Positions 1 through 9,860 of a stretch of 64,000 nt of DNA are shown here, piece by piece. The translations under genes were made by a program, and so were the position numbers. Numbering within the stretch: the first letter of the stretch is position 1; each line of letters begins with the position of its first letter. This stretch comes from Bacillota bacterium (GTDB lineage: Bacteria; Bacillota; Clostridia; Peptostreptococcales; Anaerovoracaceae): contig JAUNFA010000004.1 in NCBI GenBank assembly GCA_030525285.1, positions 50,928-114,927 on the forward strand, read 5' to 3'. The notes below the pieces were generated by a model that saw only the letters and a list, made by a program, of their open reading frames with translations, was not told the DNA's origin and searched no databases.

Positions 1-429
1 GCTCAGCGCATCAAGACTTTCGTCTGCCGATGTTCCCTTGTTAAAGAACACCGCCATCATCGTAGCATCCTTACTATTAAACGCATCAACAATATCATCA
101 GGCAAAATGTCCATCGGTACCGAAACGTCCAGCACTGTATCGTACCAGAGTACCGATTCTACATTGTCAACCTTTTCCATCTTCTCCTTAAGAGCTGCCA
201 CGTCCTTGTGACTCATGCCCTCAACAGCGATAAGGCCATATCCGCCCTTGCCGAATTCATCAAGCATTATGTCCTGTCCCTTGACAGTCTCTATTGAATC
301 CGGAAGATATGTGAGTACGTCAAAGTTGACCCTTGTCCCTATGAATCCGAATATGGATGGAATCAGTAGAAGCACTGAAATAATCAGTATTGCTTTCCTG
401 TGTTTAATTACTGATTTACCAATTTTCAT
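1..429 (-). CDS. MMPL/RND-superfamily membrane transporter, N-terminal fragment (CDS runs off the left edge of the window)
   Basis: Own translation of the minus strand from ATG at 429: MKIGKSVIKHRKAILIISVLLLIPSIFGFIGTRVNFDVLTYLPDSIETVKGQDIMLDEFGKGG... The frame stays open to position 1. An N-terminal TM helix is followed by a loop pattern typical of Firmicute MMPL exporters. It lies directly downstream of a TetR gene. It is absent from the ORF track because it has no stop inside the window. Confidence 0.6.
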   Translation of the reverse strand, partial: MKIGKSVIKHRKAILIISVLLLIPSIFGFIGTRVNFDVLTYLPDSIETVKGQDIMLDEFGKGGYGLIAVEGMSHKDVAALKEKMEKVDNVESVLWYDTVLDVSVPMDILPDDIVDAFNSKDATMMAVFFNKGTSADESLDALS

Positions 430-478
430 CTTTTTTTACACCACCTGAAATCAAATAAAGTAATAACCGACCAAATGC

Positions 479-540
479 ATTATAATCACCTCTAAGGTCA
501 ATACAAATGCACAATATTAAACAAGTGCATAAATTTTGTA
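479..540 (-). promoter_or_regulatory. candidate promoter of the MMPL gene with an overlapping inverted repeat (possible TetR operator)
   Basis: Minus strand: TTGTAT (506-501), 16 nt, TATAAT (484-479). The imperfect inverted repeat TACAAATGCAC ... GTGCAT(aaat)TTTGTA at 502-540 overlaps the -35. Confidence 0.3.
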
Positions 541-568
541 CACTTTTTTAATATTGTATAATTTTTCT

Positions 569-1153
569 TTAAATAATATTGACCCCAAGGCCTGAAATTG
601 CTTTCTCACTTGCCTCCAAAGAAGGTATCACTGTACCTACGAAAATATCATCACAAAGGACCGCTATAACATCCGGCGGCATCAGTGTATCATTAGTAAG
701 CCACTGCTGCATGACACCGACAAAAGAGCTTCTGTAAAACAGTGCCGTCACCTTGCGAACGTCCTGAGAGTACTTTCCTTCCACATCGATTGAATCTATC
801 ATCTTCATTATGACCTTGTACGTAATCTTTTCCATACATCTGTTGACACTTTCGTACTGATGTGTTTTATATATGTGTTTCATCATATCTCTGTTCTCAT
901 AGAGGAAGCTTATTCCCTTCTGGAATCCGCCTTCGAAGTTGTTTTCATCCATAAACTCATCGAGGAGATTGTCCACTTCATTTTCGAATATGAAATTAAC
1001 AACATCATAGATGTCACTAAAATGGTAGTAAAAAGCATTTCTTGTCAGCTCGCACTTCTGAGTGATTTCCTTAATTGTGATTTTGTTTATGGGTTTTTCC
1101 TTGAGCAGTTGCTGAGTTGCCCTGGCAATTTCTCTTTTGGTTTTGTTCACCAT
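569..1153 (-). CDS. TetR/AcrR family transcriptional regulator
   Basis: N-terminal HTH signature IARATQQLLKEKPINKITIKEITQKCELTRNAFYYHFSDIYDV. I prefer the ATG at 1153 (MVNKTK) because AGGAGG lies 8 nt upstream. The ORF track starts 6 codons earlier, at 1171. Confidence 0.85.
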   Translation of the reverse strand: MVNKTKREIARATQQLLKEKPINKITIKEITQKCELTRNAFYYHFSDIYDVVNFIFENEVDNLLDEFMDENNFEGGFQKGISFLYENRDMMKHIYKTHQYESVNRCMEKITYKVIMKMIDSIDVEGKYSQDVRKVTALFYRSSFVGVMQQWLTNDTLMPPDVIAVLCDDIFVGTVIPSLEASEKAISGLGVNII

Positions 1154-1186
1154 ATCATATCCCTCCTGCAACTTGTTGACAGATAC

Positions 1187-1237
1187 ATTATAGTAAGTTA
1201 TTTATTACTTGACAAATGGTTTGTTCAGTCATATTCT
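1187..1237. promoter_or_regulatory. back-to-back divergent promoters (tetR leftward, rib operon rightward) with overlapping -35 hexamers
   Basis: Minus strand: TTGTCA (1215-1210), 17 nt, TATAAT (1192-1187). Plus strand: TTGACA (1209-1214), 17 nt, TATTCT (1232-1237). Confidence 0.4.
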
Positions 1238-1252
1238 AATAATGCAATTAAA

Positions 1253-1422
1253 TATATCTTCAGGGCAGGGTGAGATTCCCGACCGGCGGTAAAGTCCGCG
1301 AGCATTTGCACGAAACGGTGAAATTCCGTTACCGACAGTATAGTCTGGATGATAGAAGATTCTTGTAATTTGAATTACTTTCTTGATTTATGTGCTCTGG
1401 ATTCTTCCGGGGCTGTTTTTTT
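1253..1422 (+). promoter_or_regulatory. FMN riboswitch (RFN element) with intrinsic-terminator expression platform
   Basis: Hallmark RFN strings are present: AGGGCAGGGTGAGATTCCCGACCGGCGGTAAAGTCCGCGAGC ... GGTGAAATTCCGTTACCGACAGTATAGTCTGGATGATAGAAGAT. P1 pairs ATCTTC (1256-1261) with GAAGAT (1355-1360). A GCTCTGG/CCGGGGC hairpin plus T-run follows at 1394-1422. The element lies directly upstream of ribD-ribE-ribBA-ribH. Confidence 0.9.
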
Positions 1423-1467
1423 AGAAATTATTTATCAGATTACTTAACATGAGTTTTAATTCATATG

Positions 1468-1500
1468 CCCTGTTTACACTGTAAACAGGGCTTTTCATTT
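1468..1500 (+). promoter_or_regulatory. perfect 10-bp stem / 3-nt loop hairpin just upstream of the ribD Shine-Dalgarno sequence
   Basis: CCCTGTTTAC-ACT-GTAAACAGGG (1468-1490) is followed by CTTTTCATTT and then GGAGG (1501-1505). It could be a second terminator, an RBS-proximal structure or a protein operator. Confidence 0.3.
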
Positions 1501-1509
1501 GGAGGCAAA

Positions 1510-2610
1510 ATGACAGATCGGGAATATATGCAGCTTGCAATTGATTTAGCACTTAAAGGCTGCGGCCACACCAATCCCAACCCTATGGTCGGAGCTGTAA
1601 TTGTAAAAGACGGTAAAATCATCGGTCAGGGCTTTCACGAAAAATACGGACAGCTTCACGCAGAAAGAAATGCACTTGCAGTGTGCACAGATTCCTGTGA
1701 AGACGCGGCAATGTACGTTACCCTCGAACCTTGCTGTCATTACGGCAAACAGCCACCATGCACGGAGGCGATTATAGCATCCGGCATAAGCAAGGTTTTT
1801 GTAGGATCTCACGACCCTAATCCGGCAGTATCGGGCAAAGGTGTCCAGCTACTTCGTCAGGCAGGAATTGAAGTTGTCACCGATTTTATGAAAGAAGAGT
1901 GCGACAGAATCAATTATGTTTTTTTTCATTACATACAGACGGGGCTTCCCTACGTAGTTATGAAGTATGCTATGACAGCTGATGGCAAAATAGCCACCAA
2001 GTCTGGCGCATCTAAGTGGATTACCGGAGAAGAATCCAGAAATCATGTTCAGGAGGACCGTAACAGATATGCTGCCATCATGGTTGGCATCGGCACAGTT
2101 TTGACTGATGACCCTCTTCTCACCTGCAGAATTTCGGGCGGTTCCAATCCGGTCAGGGTAATATGCGATACGAACCTTAGAATTCCTCTCGATTCGCAGA
2201 TTGTAAAGACATCATCACAGATTCCTACAATTATTGCTACATGTTCAGAGGACCTGGACAAAATCAACCCGCTGATTGAGTCCGGCTGCGAAATATTAAA
2301 CATTACGCCGGAGGACGGTCGTATCAACCTTAAGGAGCTGATGAGCTGCCTTGGGAATCGCAAAATCGACAGCGTATACATTGAGGGTGGTTCAACACTT
2401 CACTGGGCAGCACTTCAGAGTGGCATAGTAAACAGGGTTCAGACATACATCGCACCCAAATTGTTCGGAGGTAAATCAGCACCGTCACCGGTAGGAGGTT
2501 CCGGTATAAATCTTCCCGAAGAATGTGTCAGACTTTCGAAACCGCAAATTACTTGTTACGGAGATGATATTCTCCTCGAAAGCGAGGTAATTGAATGTTT
2601 ACAGGAATAA
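1510..2610 (+). CDS. ribD: bifunctional diaminohydroxyphosphoribosylaminopyrimidine deaminase / 5-amino-6-(5-phosphoribosylamino)uracil reductase
   Basis: CMP/dCMP deaminase zinc motif HAERNAL ... TLEPCCHYGKQPPC, then a reductase domain. Start set at ATG 1510 (MTDREYMQLA), with GGAGG 5 nt upstream. The ORF-track start at 1465 lies inside the leader hairpin. Confidence 0.93.
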   Translation: MTDREYMQLAIDLALKGCGHTNPNPMVGAVIVKDGKIIGQGFHEKYGQLHAERNALAVCTDSCEDAAMYVTLEPCCHYGKQPPCTEAIIASGISKVFVGSHDPNPAVSGKGVQLLRQAGIEVVTDFMKEECDRINYVFFHYIQTGLPYVVMKYAMTADGKIATKSGASKWITGEESRNHVQEDRNRYAAIMVGIGTVLTDDPLLTCRISGGSNPVRVICDTNLRIPLDSQIVKTSSQIPTIIATCSEDLDKINPLIESGCEILNITPEDGRINLKELMSCLGNRKIDSVYIEGGSTLHWAALQSGIVNRVQTYIAPKLFGGKSAPSPVGGSGINLPEECVRLSKPQITCYGDDILLESEVIECLQE

Positions 2611-3236
2611 TAGAAGAACGAGGCAAAATCAAAAGTGTTGCCCGCGGCTCCAATTCAGCGGTACTCACCATAGAAGCTACCGATATTCTTAGCGATGTTC
2701 ACCTTGGTGACAGCATTGCAGTCAATGGAGTATGTCTCACATGCACAAGCTTCACGAGTACACAGTTTACAGCCGACGTAATGCACGAAACTCTCAACCG
2801 CTCGTCACTGGGACAATTAAGACCCGGCAGCATCGTCAATCTGGAAAGAGCCATGCAGGCTAACGGTAGATTCGGCGGTCACATTGTATCAGGTCACATT
2901 GACGGCACAGGTAAAATCACCGATATCAGACGTGATGATAATGCAGTATGGTACACCATTGAAACCCCTGCTGAAATCATGCGATATATAATAGAAAAGG
3001 GTTCAATTGCCATAGATGGAATCAGCCTTACGGTTGCCGCCGTAAGCAACACCTCTTTTAAGGTATCAATCATACCCCATACGGCAGCTGAGACCACCCT
3101 TTCTCTCAAACGATCCGGCGATATTGTAAATCTTGAAAACGATGTCATCGGCAAATACGTAGAAAAGTTAATACAGCCATATGACAAAAAAAGTAGTGGC
3201 ATAACCATGGAATTCCTTGCAGGTCACGGATTCTAA
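2595..3236 (+). CDS. ribE: riboflavin synthase alpha subunit
   Basis: MFTGIIEE N-terminus and an internally duplicated lumazine-binding repeat ([12 protein letters not shown] / [11 protein letters not shown]). Confidence 0.93.
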   Translation: MFTGIIEERGKIKSVARGSNSAVLTIEATDILSDVHLGDSIAVNGVCLTCTSFTSTQFTADVMHETLNRSSLGQLRPGSIVNLERAMQANGRFGGHIVSGHIDGTGKITDIRRDDNAVWYTIETPAEIMRYIIEKGSIAIDGISLTVAAVSNTSFKVSIIPHTAAETTLSLKRSGDIVNLENDVIGKYVEKLIQPYDKKSSGITMEFLAGHGF

Positions 3237-3253
3237 ATACAGGAGGATTAATT

Positions 3254-4534
3254 ATGGAAAATTTCAAATTTAACACAGTTGAAGAAGCTCTGGAAGATCT
3301 TCGCAAAGGCAAAATTATTCTCTGCACAGACGACCCTGACAGAGAAAACGAAGGAGACATGATCTGCGCGGCAGAATTCGCAACTACAGAAAACGTCAAC
3401 CTTATGGCCAGCGTTGCTAAAGGCCTCATCTGCATGCCTATGAGCTCAGAATACTGCACAAGACTGCAGTTCCCTCAGATGGTAAGCGACAACACCGACA
3501 ACCATGAGACTGCTTTCACAGTTTCAATCGACCATGTTGATACTACTACAGGAATTTCAGCCGCAGAAAGAGGATATACTGCAAGAGCTGTTGTAGACCC
3601 TGCTTCAAAGCCTGAAGACTTCAGAAGACCGGGCCACATGTTTCCTCTCAGAGCTAAGCCAAACGGCGTTCTGGAAAGAAACGGACATACAGAAGCAACT
3701 GTGGACCTTTTGAGACTGGCAGGACTTGATGAATGCGGACTTTGCTGCGAAATAATGAAGGATGACGGTACAATGATGCGTACCCCAGAACTCATTGAAG
3801 TTGCAAAAAAATACGATTTGAAATTCATTACAATCAAGGATCTTCAGGAATACAGAAAAAGACACGAAAAACTGGTTAAGTGCGAAGCTGAAGTTGAGCT
3901 CCCTACTAAGTACGGATTTTTCAAGGCATACGGCTATGTGAACCAGCTTAACGGCGAACATCATGTTGCCCTCGTCAAAGGCGATATCGGCGACGGTAAG
4001 GACCTTCTGTGCAGAGTTCACTCCGAATGTCTCACAGGCGATACCTTCGGTTCACTAAGATGTGACTGCGGTGACCAGCTTGCTACAGCTCTCAAGCAGA
4101 TTGAAATGGAAGGAAGAGGCATTTTCCTCTACATGCGTCAGGAAGGCCGCGGCATTGGACTTATCAACAAACTTAAGGCATACAAGCTTCAGGATGAAGG
4201 CCTCGACACACTGGATGCCAACCTGGCACTGGGATTCGCAGGTGATCTTAGAGAATACTATATCGGAGCACAAATCCTGAGAGATCTGGGTGCAACCGAG
4301 CTTAGACTTCTCACCAACAATCCAGACAAGGTTTATCAGCTCAGCGACTGGGGCATGGAAATCGTTGAAAGACTCCCTATCGAAATCGATGCTACAGCTT
4401 TTGACAAGTTCTATCTTGAAACAAAAAAAGAGAGAATGGGTCACATTCTCAAGAACCTTGAGGATCACGAAGCAGCATGTGACTGCCCAAGCTGCAGAGC
4501 CAGAAGAAAGAACCTGGAAATGCTCAAGAAATAA
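3254..4534 (+). CDS. ribBA: bifunctional 3,4-dihydroxy-2-butanone-4-phosphate synthase / GTP cyclohydrolase II
   Basis: DHBP synthase motifs (DRENEGD, GHTEA) are followed by the GTP cyclohydrolase II zinc motif ([10 protein letters not shown]...LRCDCG) and [14 protein letters not shown] lies upstream. Confidence 0.93.
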   Translation: MENFKFNTVEEALEDLRKGKIILCTDDPDRENEGDMICAAEFATTENVNLMASVAKGLICMPMSSEYCTRLQFPQMVSDNTDNHETAFTVSIDHVDTTTGISAAERGYTARAVVDPASKPEDFRRPGHMFPLRAKPNGVLERNGHTEATVDLLRLAGLDECGLCCEIMKDDGTMMRTPELIEVAKKYDLKFITIKDLQEYRKRHEKLVKCEAEVELPTKYGFFKAYGYVNQLNGEHHVALVKGDIGDGKDLLCRVHSECLTGDTFGSLRCDCGDQLATALKQIEMEGRGIFLYMRQEGRGIGLINKLKAYKLQDEGLDTLDANLALGFAGDLREYYIGAQILRDLGATELRLLTNNPDKVYQLSDWGMEIVERLPIEIDATAFDKFYLETKKERMGHILKNLEDHEAACDCPSCRARRKNLEMLKK

Positions 4535-4585
4535 AAAAGAACAAACATCATCACCTATTAAAACATACACATAAGGAGAATTATC

Positions 4586-5050
4586 ATGGCAAACATTTAT
4601 GAAGGAAAATTAGTATCGGACAAAATCAGAGTCGGCATCATCTGCTCAAGATTTAATGAATTCATCACATCCAAGCTTCTCGGCGGAGCAATGGATACAC
4701 TGGTAAGACACAATGTTTCAGAAGATGATATTGATGTAGCATGGGTACCAGGAGCTTTTGAAACTCCACTCATTGCAAAGAAAATGGCTGAAAGCGGCAA
4801 ATACGATGCTGTTATCTGCCTGGGTGCTGTAATCAGAGGCGCAACTACTCACTACGACCTGGTATGCAATGAAGCTGCCAAAGGCATCGCTCAGGTTTCA
4901 CTCCAGTCAGGAATTCCTGTAATGTTCGGTATCATCACTACAGAAAACATTGAACAGGCAATAGAAAGAGCCGGCTCCAAGGCAGGAAACAAGGGTTCAG
5001 ACTGTGCTGAGAGCGCAATCGAAATGGTTAACCTTATCAGAGGACTGTAA
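4586..5050 (+). CDS. ribH: 6,7-dimethyl-8-ribityllumazine synthase
   Basis: Typical length and motifs ([25 protein letters not shown]). Last gene of the rib operon. Confidence 0.93.
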   Translation: MANIYEGKLVSDKIRVGIICSRFNEFITSKLLGGAMDTLVRHNVSEDDIDVAWVPGAFETPLIAKKMAESGKYDAVICLGAVIRGATTHYDLVCNEAAKGIAQVSLQSGIPVMFGIITTENIEQAIERAGSKAGNKGSDCAESAIEMVNLIRGL

Positions 5051-5105
5051 CACGCTGCCGGCGCTAAAGCCTTACAACTGTATCTTTTAATGCACCAACG
5101 ACAAA

Positions 5106-5139
5106 GGAGACCGATGCAATGTCATCAGTCTCCTTTTTA
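5106..5139 (+). terminator. Rho-independent terminator after ribH
   Basis: GGAGACCGATG / CATCAGTCTCC stem (one mismatch) followed by TTTTT. Confidence 0.7.
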
Positions 5140-5176
5140 ATACATTTAATTCAATTCGTTCTATCTGTTGATTCTT

Positions 5177-6106
5177 CTATTCGCCGAACAAAGGTGTAGA
5201 GAAATATCTCTCCGCAGTGTCAGGAAGTACTGTAACGACAGTCTTTCCTTCTCCCAGTTTTTCTGCCAGCTTAAGAGCTGCCGCAACATTGGTGCCACTT
5301 GAAATGCCACACATAAGTCCCTCTTCCTTGGCCAGTCTCTTGGCTGTTTCCAGAGCTTCCGCATCGGTTACAATATATATGTCGTCGTAAATATTCTGAT
5401 TCAGTATATCAGGAATTACTCCGTCACCGATACCCATCTGCAGATGAGTGCCTATTGTACCTCCTGCAAGGATTGCTGCATTTTCGGGTTCAACTGCCCA
5501 GATTCTGATATCAGGATACTGTGCGGCCAGAACCTCACCTATTCCTGTAAGAGTTCCGCCTGTTCCTACTCCTGAACAGAATCCATGAATTGGACCTGCT
5601 ACCTGTTCCATTATTTCAAGAGCCGTATGCTTTTTGTGTGCAAGTACGTTGTTAATATTTTCGAACTGCTGAGGCACGAATACCTTTGGGTCCTTCTCGG
5701 CCATTCTGAGAGCAGTCTGCAAACATTCCTCAATACATGCACCGATATCACCTGCATCATGAATCTTCATTACTTCAGCACCGTAATGTCTTATGAGCTT
5801 GCTTCTCTCTTCACTTACCGAGTCAGGCAGAACGATAATCGTTCTGTAGCCTTTGACTGCTCCTACAAGGGCCAGACCTATGCCCTGATTACCGCTTGTT
5901 GGCTCAACGATAATTGAGTCTGGTTTCAGAATGCCTTCTTTTTCGGCCTGACAAATCATATTGTAAGCAGTCCTTGTCTTAATCGATCCCCCAACATTGA
6001 GACCTTCAAACTTAACCAGAACCTCCGCACTTCCCGGTTTAACCATCTTGTTAAGTCTGATTATTGGTGTTTTGCCTATGGCTTCAAGTATATTGCCGTA
6101 TATCAT
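5177..6106 (-). CDS. cysK: cysteine synthase (O-acetylserine sulfhydrylase) family PLP enzyme
   Basis: Fold-type II PLP motifs: GGSIKTR (lysine), TSGNQG, GVGTGGTLTG. About 309 aa. GAGGGAG SD. Confidence 0.8.
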   Translation of the reverse strand: MIYGNILEAIGKTPIIRLNKMVKPGSAEVLVKFEGLNVGGSIKTRTAYNMICQAEKEGILKPDSIIVEPTSGNQGIGLALVGAVKGYRTIIVLPDSVSEERSKLIRHYGAEVMKIHDAGDIGACIEECLQTALRMAEKDPKVFVPQQFENINNVLAHKKHTALEIMEQVAGPIHGFCSGVGTGGTLTGIGEVLAAQYPDIRIWAVEPENAAILAGGTIGTHLQMGIGDGVIPDILNQNIYDDIYIVTDAEALETAKRLAKEEGLMCGISSGTNVAAALKLAEKLGEGKTVVTVLPDTAERYFSTPLFGE

Positions 6107-6139
6107 ATTTAGCTCCCTCTAATTAAATTCACAAAAAAA

Positions 6140-6168
6140 ATTGTACTAAATTATGAACTTATAATCAA
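6140..6168 (-). promoter_or_regulatory. candidate cysK promoter
   Basis: Minus strand: TTGATT (6168-6163), 17 nt, TACAAT (6145-6140). Confidence 0.35.
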
Positions 6169-6193
6169 CGCAGTAAATCACTAGGATTTAACT

Positions 6194-6245
6194 AAATAAA
6201 ATAACGGAGACTAAACCGTTGAAATATCATGAGCCAGTCTCCGTT
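6194..6245 (-). terminator. Rho-independent terminator after the amino acid symporter gene
   Basis: ACGGAGACT ... AGTCTCCGT stem (6204-6245), with a T-rich run on the minus strand (6194-6203). Confidence 0.65.
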
Positions 6246-6311
6246 GTCATATTTTAATTCGATTAGCCTCAATCAACAGTCTTGCTGACCTGACCAGTGT
6301 AATCCGGAATT

Positions 6312-7742
6312 TTATTTCCAGAAATCAGTATCGTGCTTAAGTCCGATATCTGCAGCCTTAAATTCAGGATCCTTACCTTCAGCCTTCTGCTTCTTGTAAT
6401 CCTTGAGAGCATCAAATGCAGGCTTACCAATAATCAGTATTACAGGTATATTGCATATTACCATAAGTCCCTGACACATGTCTGCCAGATCCCATACAAG
6501 GCCTGCAGTTGCTACAGCACCAAGGTATACGATTATTGTTGCTACGATTCTGAAACCTACAAGCAGTCCGTGGCTTGGAGTCTTATTTATTATGAAAGCG
6601 ATACAGCTCTCGCAATATGAATAGTTACCGATCAGTGTTGTGAATGCGAACAGTGACATTGCAATTGCCAGGAATACCGGACCTGCACCACCGAATACAG
6701 CACTAAGTGAAGTTGATACATAACCAGCAGCATCAGCAGCACCATCTGAAACGAAGCCTGCAGTTCCGATACCTGTGCTCAGGCAAAGGAATGCTGTTGC
6801 AGTACAGATGAGCAGTGTATCGATAAATACGGACAGCATCTGTACGAGACCCTGCTTAACAGGATGTGAAACATCAGCTCTTGCAGCCGCATTAGGAGCA
6901 GAACCCATACCAGCTTCATTGGAGTACAGACCTCTCTTGATACCCCACATAATGCATGAACCTGCGAAACCTCCGAAGATTGCTTCGAAGTCAAATGCTC
7001 CTGAAAAAATTGCTGAGAACATGTTGCCTATGTTGCTTGAATTAAGTACCAGTACAACAATAGCCAGAATTACATATGCTAAACCCATTACAGGAACCAG
7101 AAGACCTGTAACATTAACCAGTCTCTTAGCTCCTCCGAGAACTACGACTCCGAAAAGAATAGCACAAATAGCACCGATAATCTTTGGAGTTAATGATGTA
7201 TCATAGAATTCAAATGCAGCAAATGTTGACTGCAGATTGTATGATGCAAGCATGTTGTATCCCAGAGCATATGTGAGCAGAATCAGAACTGAGAATATTA
7301 CACCCAGCCACTTCTGTCCCAGAGCGTCCTTCATGTAGTATGCAGGACCACCGAAGCTTGAACCGTCAGGATTCCTCTTCTTGTAAATCTGTGCCAGTGT
7401 TGATTCAACGAATGCCGATGCACCGCCGATAAAAGCAGTAATCCACATCCAGAAAATAGCACCAGGGCCACCGAGGCAGATAGCAGTTGCTACTCCAAAA
7501 ATGTTACCTGTACCTACTCTTGATGCAGTTGATACCATAAGTGCACCAAAGGATGAAATACCGTTCTCACTCTTTGGTTTCTCCATGATAACCTTGCATG
7601 CTTCAGGGAACATTCTAATCTGCAGCAGGCCGGTTCTGATTGTGAAATAAATACCGCCGGCAAGCAGCAGAAGCGGGAGAATAAACGGCTGATAAAGTAT
7701 GCCGCTGACCCAAGTAATCATGTTGTCAAGTGTTGTTGTCAT
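6312..7742 (-). CDS. alanine/glycine:cation symporter (AGCS family)
   Basis: 476-aa polytopic membrane protein with AGCS-type motifs (SSFGALMVSTASRVGTGNI, YSNEAGMGSAPNAAA). Confidence 0.85.
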   Translation of the reverse strand: MTTTLDNMITWVSGILYQPFILPLLLLAGGIYFTIRTGLLQIRMFPEACKVIMEKPKSENGISSFGALMVSTASRVGTGNIFGVATAICLGGPGAIFWMWITAFIGGASAFVESTLAQIYKKRNPDGSSFGGPAYYMKDALGQKWLGVIFSVLILLTYALGYNMLASYNLQSTFAAFEFYDTSLTPKIIGAICAILFGVVVLGGAKRLVNVTGLLVPVMGLAYVILAIVVLVLNSSNIGNMFSAIFSGAFDFEAIFGGFAGSCIMWGIKRGLYSNEAGMGSAPNAAARADVSHPVKQGLVQMLSVFIDTLLICTATAFLCLSTGIGTAGFVSDGAADAAGYVSTSLSAVFGGAGPVFLAIAMSLFAFTTLIGNYSYCESCIAFIINKTPSHGLLVGFRIVATIIVYLGAVATAGLVWDLADMCQGLMVICNIPVILIIGKPAFDALKDYKKQKAEGKDPEFKAADIGLKHDTDFWK

Positions 7743-7813
7743 TTTATCTCTCCTAACTAAACAATATATAATAACAGCCTGCCTATCATATCATAATTTA
7801 AGATTGCTGTACA

Positions 7814-7853
7814 TAAAAAAAGACGAATTCAGCTTCATAATAGTGAATTCGCC
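7814..7853 (-). terminator. Rho-independent terminator ending the pyr operon
   Basis: GGCGAATTCA ... TGAATTCGTC stem followed by a T8 run on the minus strand. Confidence 0.7.
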
Positions 7854-7863
7854 CAAACTAATC

Positions 7864-8280
7864 TTATTTTGCCTTGCTTTCGCAGTAAATGCATCTGTAT
7901 ATTCCCGCTTCCCTGTCAACGAGTTTGAACACATGAGGAATTTCCTGTTCTACAGTAGTAATGCATCGAGGATTCTTGCATTTAATTACATTTGTGATTG
8001 TGTCCGGTTTGGCAATATGCTTTCTCTCTACTCTTTTGCCATCCTGAATCACATTTACGGTAATTCCCGGATCCACATAACCGATAGCGTCCAGATTCAC
8101 ATCAATGAGTCTGTCTACCTTTATAATATCCTTGCGACCCATCTTCGCACTCTGTGCGTTCTTAATAAGTGCAACTTCACAATCCAAAGCGTCGAGACCG
8201 AGAATTCTATAAAGCTCCATGCCCCTTCCCGCTGTAATGTGGTCAAGCACAAGACCATTTTCTATTGCTCCTATAATCAT
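7864..8280 (-). CDS. pyrI: aspartate carbamoyltransferase regulatory subunit
   Basis: C-terminal zinc domain CKNPRCIT ... YRCIYC. Directly abuts pyrB. Confidence 0.9.
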   Translation of the reverse strand: MIIGAIENGLVLDHITAGRGMELYRILGLDALDCEVALIKNAQSAKMGRKDIIKVDRLIDVNLDAIGYVDPGITVNVIQDGKRVERKHIAKPDTITNVIKCKNPRCITTVEQEIPHVFKLVDREAGIYRCIYCESKAK

Positions 8281-9195
8281 CTATTTCACCTCCAGAATTT
8301 TGAGAATCAGCGCCATTCTTATGAATTTGCCGTTTCTTACCTGTTCGAAATACTTTGCACGCGGATCGCTGTCAACTGCTGTTGAGATTTCATTTACTCT
8401 TGGCAGCGGATGAAGCACAGCCATGTCGTCTTTGGCATGTTCAAGCTTTTCAGGAGTCAGAATGTAACTGTCCTTCAGTCTGATATAATCCTGCTCATTG
8501 AAGAATCTTTCTCTCTGAACCCTTGTCATATAGAGAATATCGAGCTCTGGCATTACAGATTCCAGATCTGTTGTTTCCATATACTCGATGTTGTGACTTT
8601 CCAGAAGGTTATATCTCAGATATTCAGGTATCTTAAGTTCATCCGGTGAGATGAGTATGTATTTAACATTCTTGTATCTTGACATGGCATTCATCAGTGA
8701 ATGTACTGTACGGCCAAACTTCAGGTCGCCGCAGAAACCGATAGTAATGTTGTCAAAATGTCCCAGTACCCTGTTGATTGTAAGCAGGTCTGTCAATGTC
8801 TGAGTCGGATGATTGTGTCCACCGTCTCCTGCATTTATTACAGGCACATCGGATCTCATACTTGCCACCATAGGAGCACCTTCCTTAGGATGTCTCATAG
8901 CGATAATGTCTGCATACGCACCTACAGTCTTAATTGTGTCCGCAACACTTTCACCCTTTGAAGCCGATGAACTCTGAGCCTCACTAAATCCGAGAACGTT
9001 GCCGCCAAGCTCATACATGGCAGCCTCGAAGCTGAGTCTTGTTCTCGTGGATGGTTCGAAGAAAAGTGTTGCCAGTTTCTTTCTTCTGCACTTTTCTGCA
9101 TAATCGTCGGGATTAGCGATGATGTCGTTTGCAACATCAATAAGCTCCTGGATTTCCTCGACGCTAAGATCCATAATATCTATTAAATGTCTCAT
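8281..9195 (-). CDS. pyrB: aspartate carbamoyltransferase catalytic subunit
   Basis: STRTR carbamoyl-phosphate motif, HPTQ, HPLPR. Confidence 0.93.
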   Translation of the reverse strand: MRHLIDIMDLSVEEIQELIDVANDIIANPDDYAEKCRRKKLATLFFEPSTRTRLSFEAAMYELGGNVLGFSEAQSSSASKGESVADTIKTVGAYADIIAMRHPKEGAPMVASMRSDVPVINAGDGGHNHPTQTLTDLLTINRVLGHFDNITIGFCGDLKFGRTVHSLMNAMSRYKNVKYILISPDELKIPEYLRYNLLESHNIEYMETTDLESVMPELDILYMTRVQRERFFNEQDYIRLKDSYILTPEKLEHAKDDMAVLHPLPRVNEISTAVDSDPRAKYFEQVRNGKFIRMALILKILEVK

Positions 9196-9833
9196 TACTC
9201 CTCCTTGCCAATCCAGCTCTCATCCTGTGGATTATTTCTGAATGCTATAAGTCTGGCGATATCTTTTTCTTCAATATATCCTGTTTCAGCTGCAACCTGC
9301 GCTATTGTGTCAAAATCTGTAAGACTTGTATTTTCAACATTTGCTGCTTCAAGTCTCTCGATTCCCTTCTTCATTCCGTAAGTGAATATGCTTATTACAC
9401 CAAGTACTTCAGTACCTGCTTCTCTCAAAGCCTCAACAACATCTATGGCACTTCCGCCTGTTGAAATCAGGTCTTCGATAACTACTACCTTCTGACCTTC
9501 GCTGATTCTTCCTTCAATTCTGTTGTTTCTGCCATGATCCTTAGCACCTGAACGAACATATCCCATCGGCATGTTCAGAATGTGGGCTGCGATTGCCGCA
9601 TGAGCGATGCCTGCAGTGCTTGTACCCATGAGAACTTCAGCTTCAGGATACTTTGCCTTCACTGTTTCTGCAATTGCATTCTCAACCAGGTTTCTCGCTT
9701 CCGGTGATGTCAGGATCAGTCTGTTGTCACAATAAACCGGGCTCTTAATTCCGCTTGCCCACGTGAAAGGTTCTTCAGGTCTCAAAAATACTGCTTCAAT
9801 ACCAAGAAGTGCTTCTGCTATTTTTCTCTTCAT
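9195..9833 (-). CDS. pyrE: orotate phosphoribosyltransferase
   Basis: PRPP-binding loop [13 protein letters not shown]. Located in the pyr operon. Confidence 0.9.
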   Translation of the reverse strand: MKRKIAEALLGIEAVFLRPEEPFTWASGIKSPVYCDNRLILTSPEARNLVENAIAETVKAKYPEAEVLMGTSTAGIAHAAIAAHILNMPMGYVRSGAKDHGRNNRIEGRISEGQKVVVIEDLISTGGSAIDVVEALREAGTEVLGVISIFTYGMKKGIERLEAANVENTSLTDFDTIAQVAAETGYIEEKDIARLIAFRNNPQDESWIGKEE

Positions 9834-9860
9834 TATTCTTCTCTCTTTCTATTCTACGAA

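Noticed and set aside
215-448. 77-aa plus-strand ORF at the left edge
   Set aside because: It lies antisense to a much better minus-strand reading frame (the MMPL transporter N-terminus starting at 429). It has no SD and an implausible composition.
1465-1509. 15-codon N-terminal extension of ribD in the ORF track
   Set aside because: It would start inside the leader hairpin and has no SD. ATG 1510 has GGAGG at proper spacing, and MTDREYMQLA matches RibD N-termini.
7699-8385. 228-aa plus-strand ORF
   Set aside because: It runs antisense across the symporter start, the pyr terminator and all of pyrI/pyrB 3' sequence, so it is a shadow ORF of well-supported genes.
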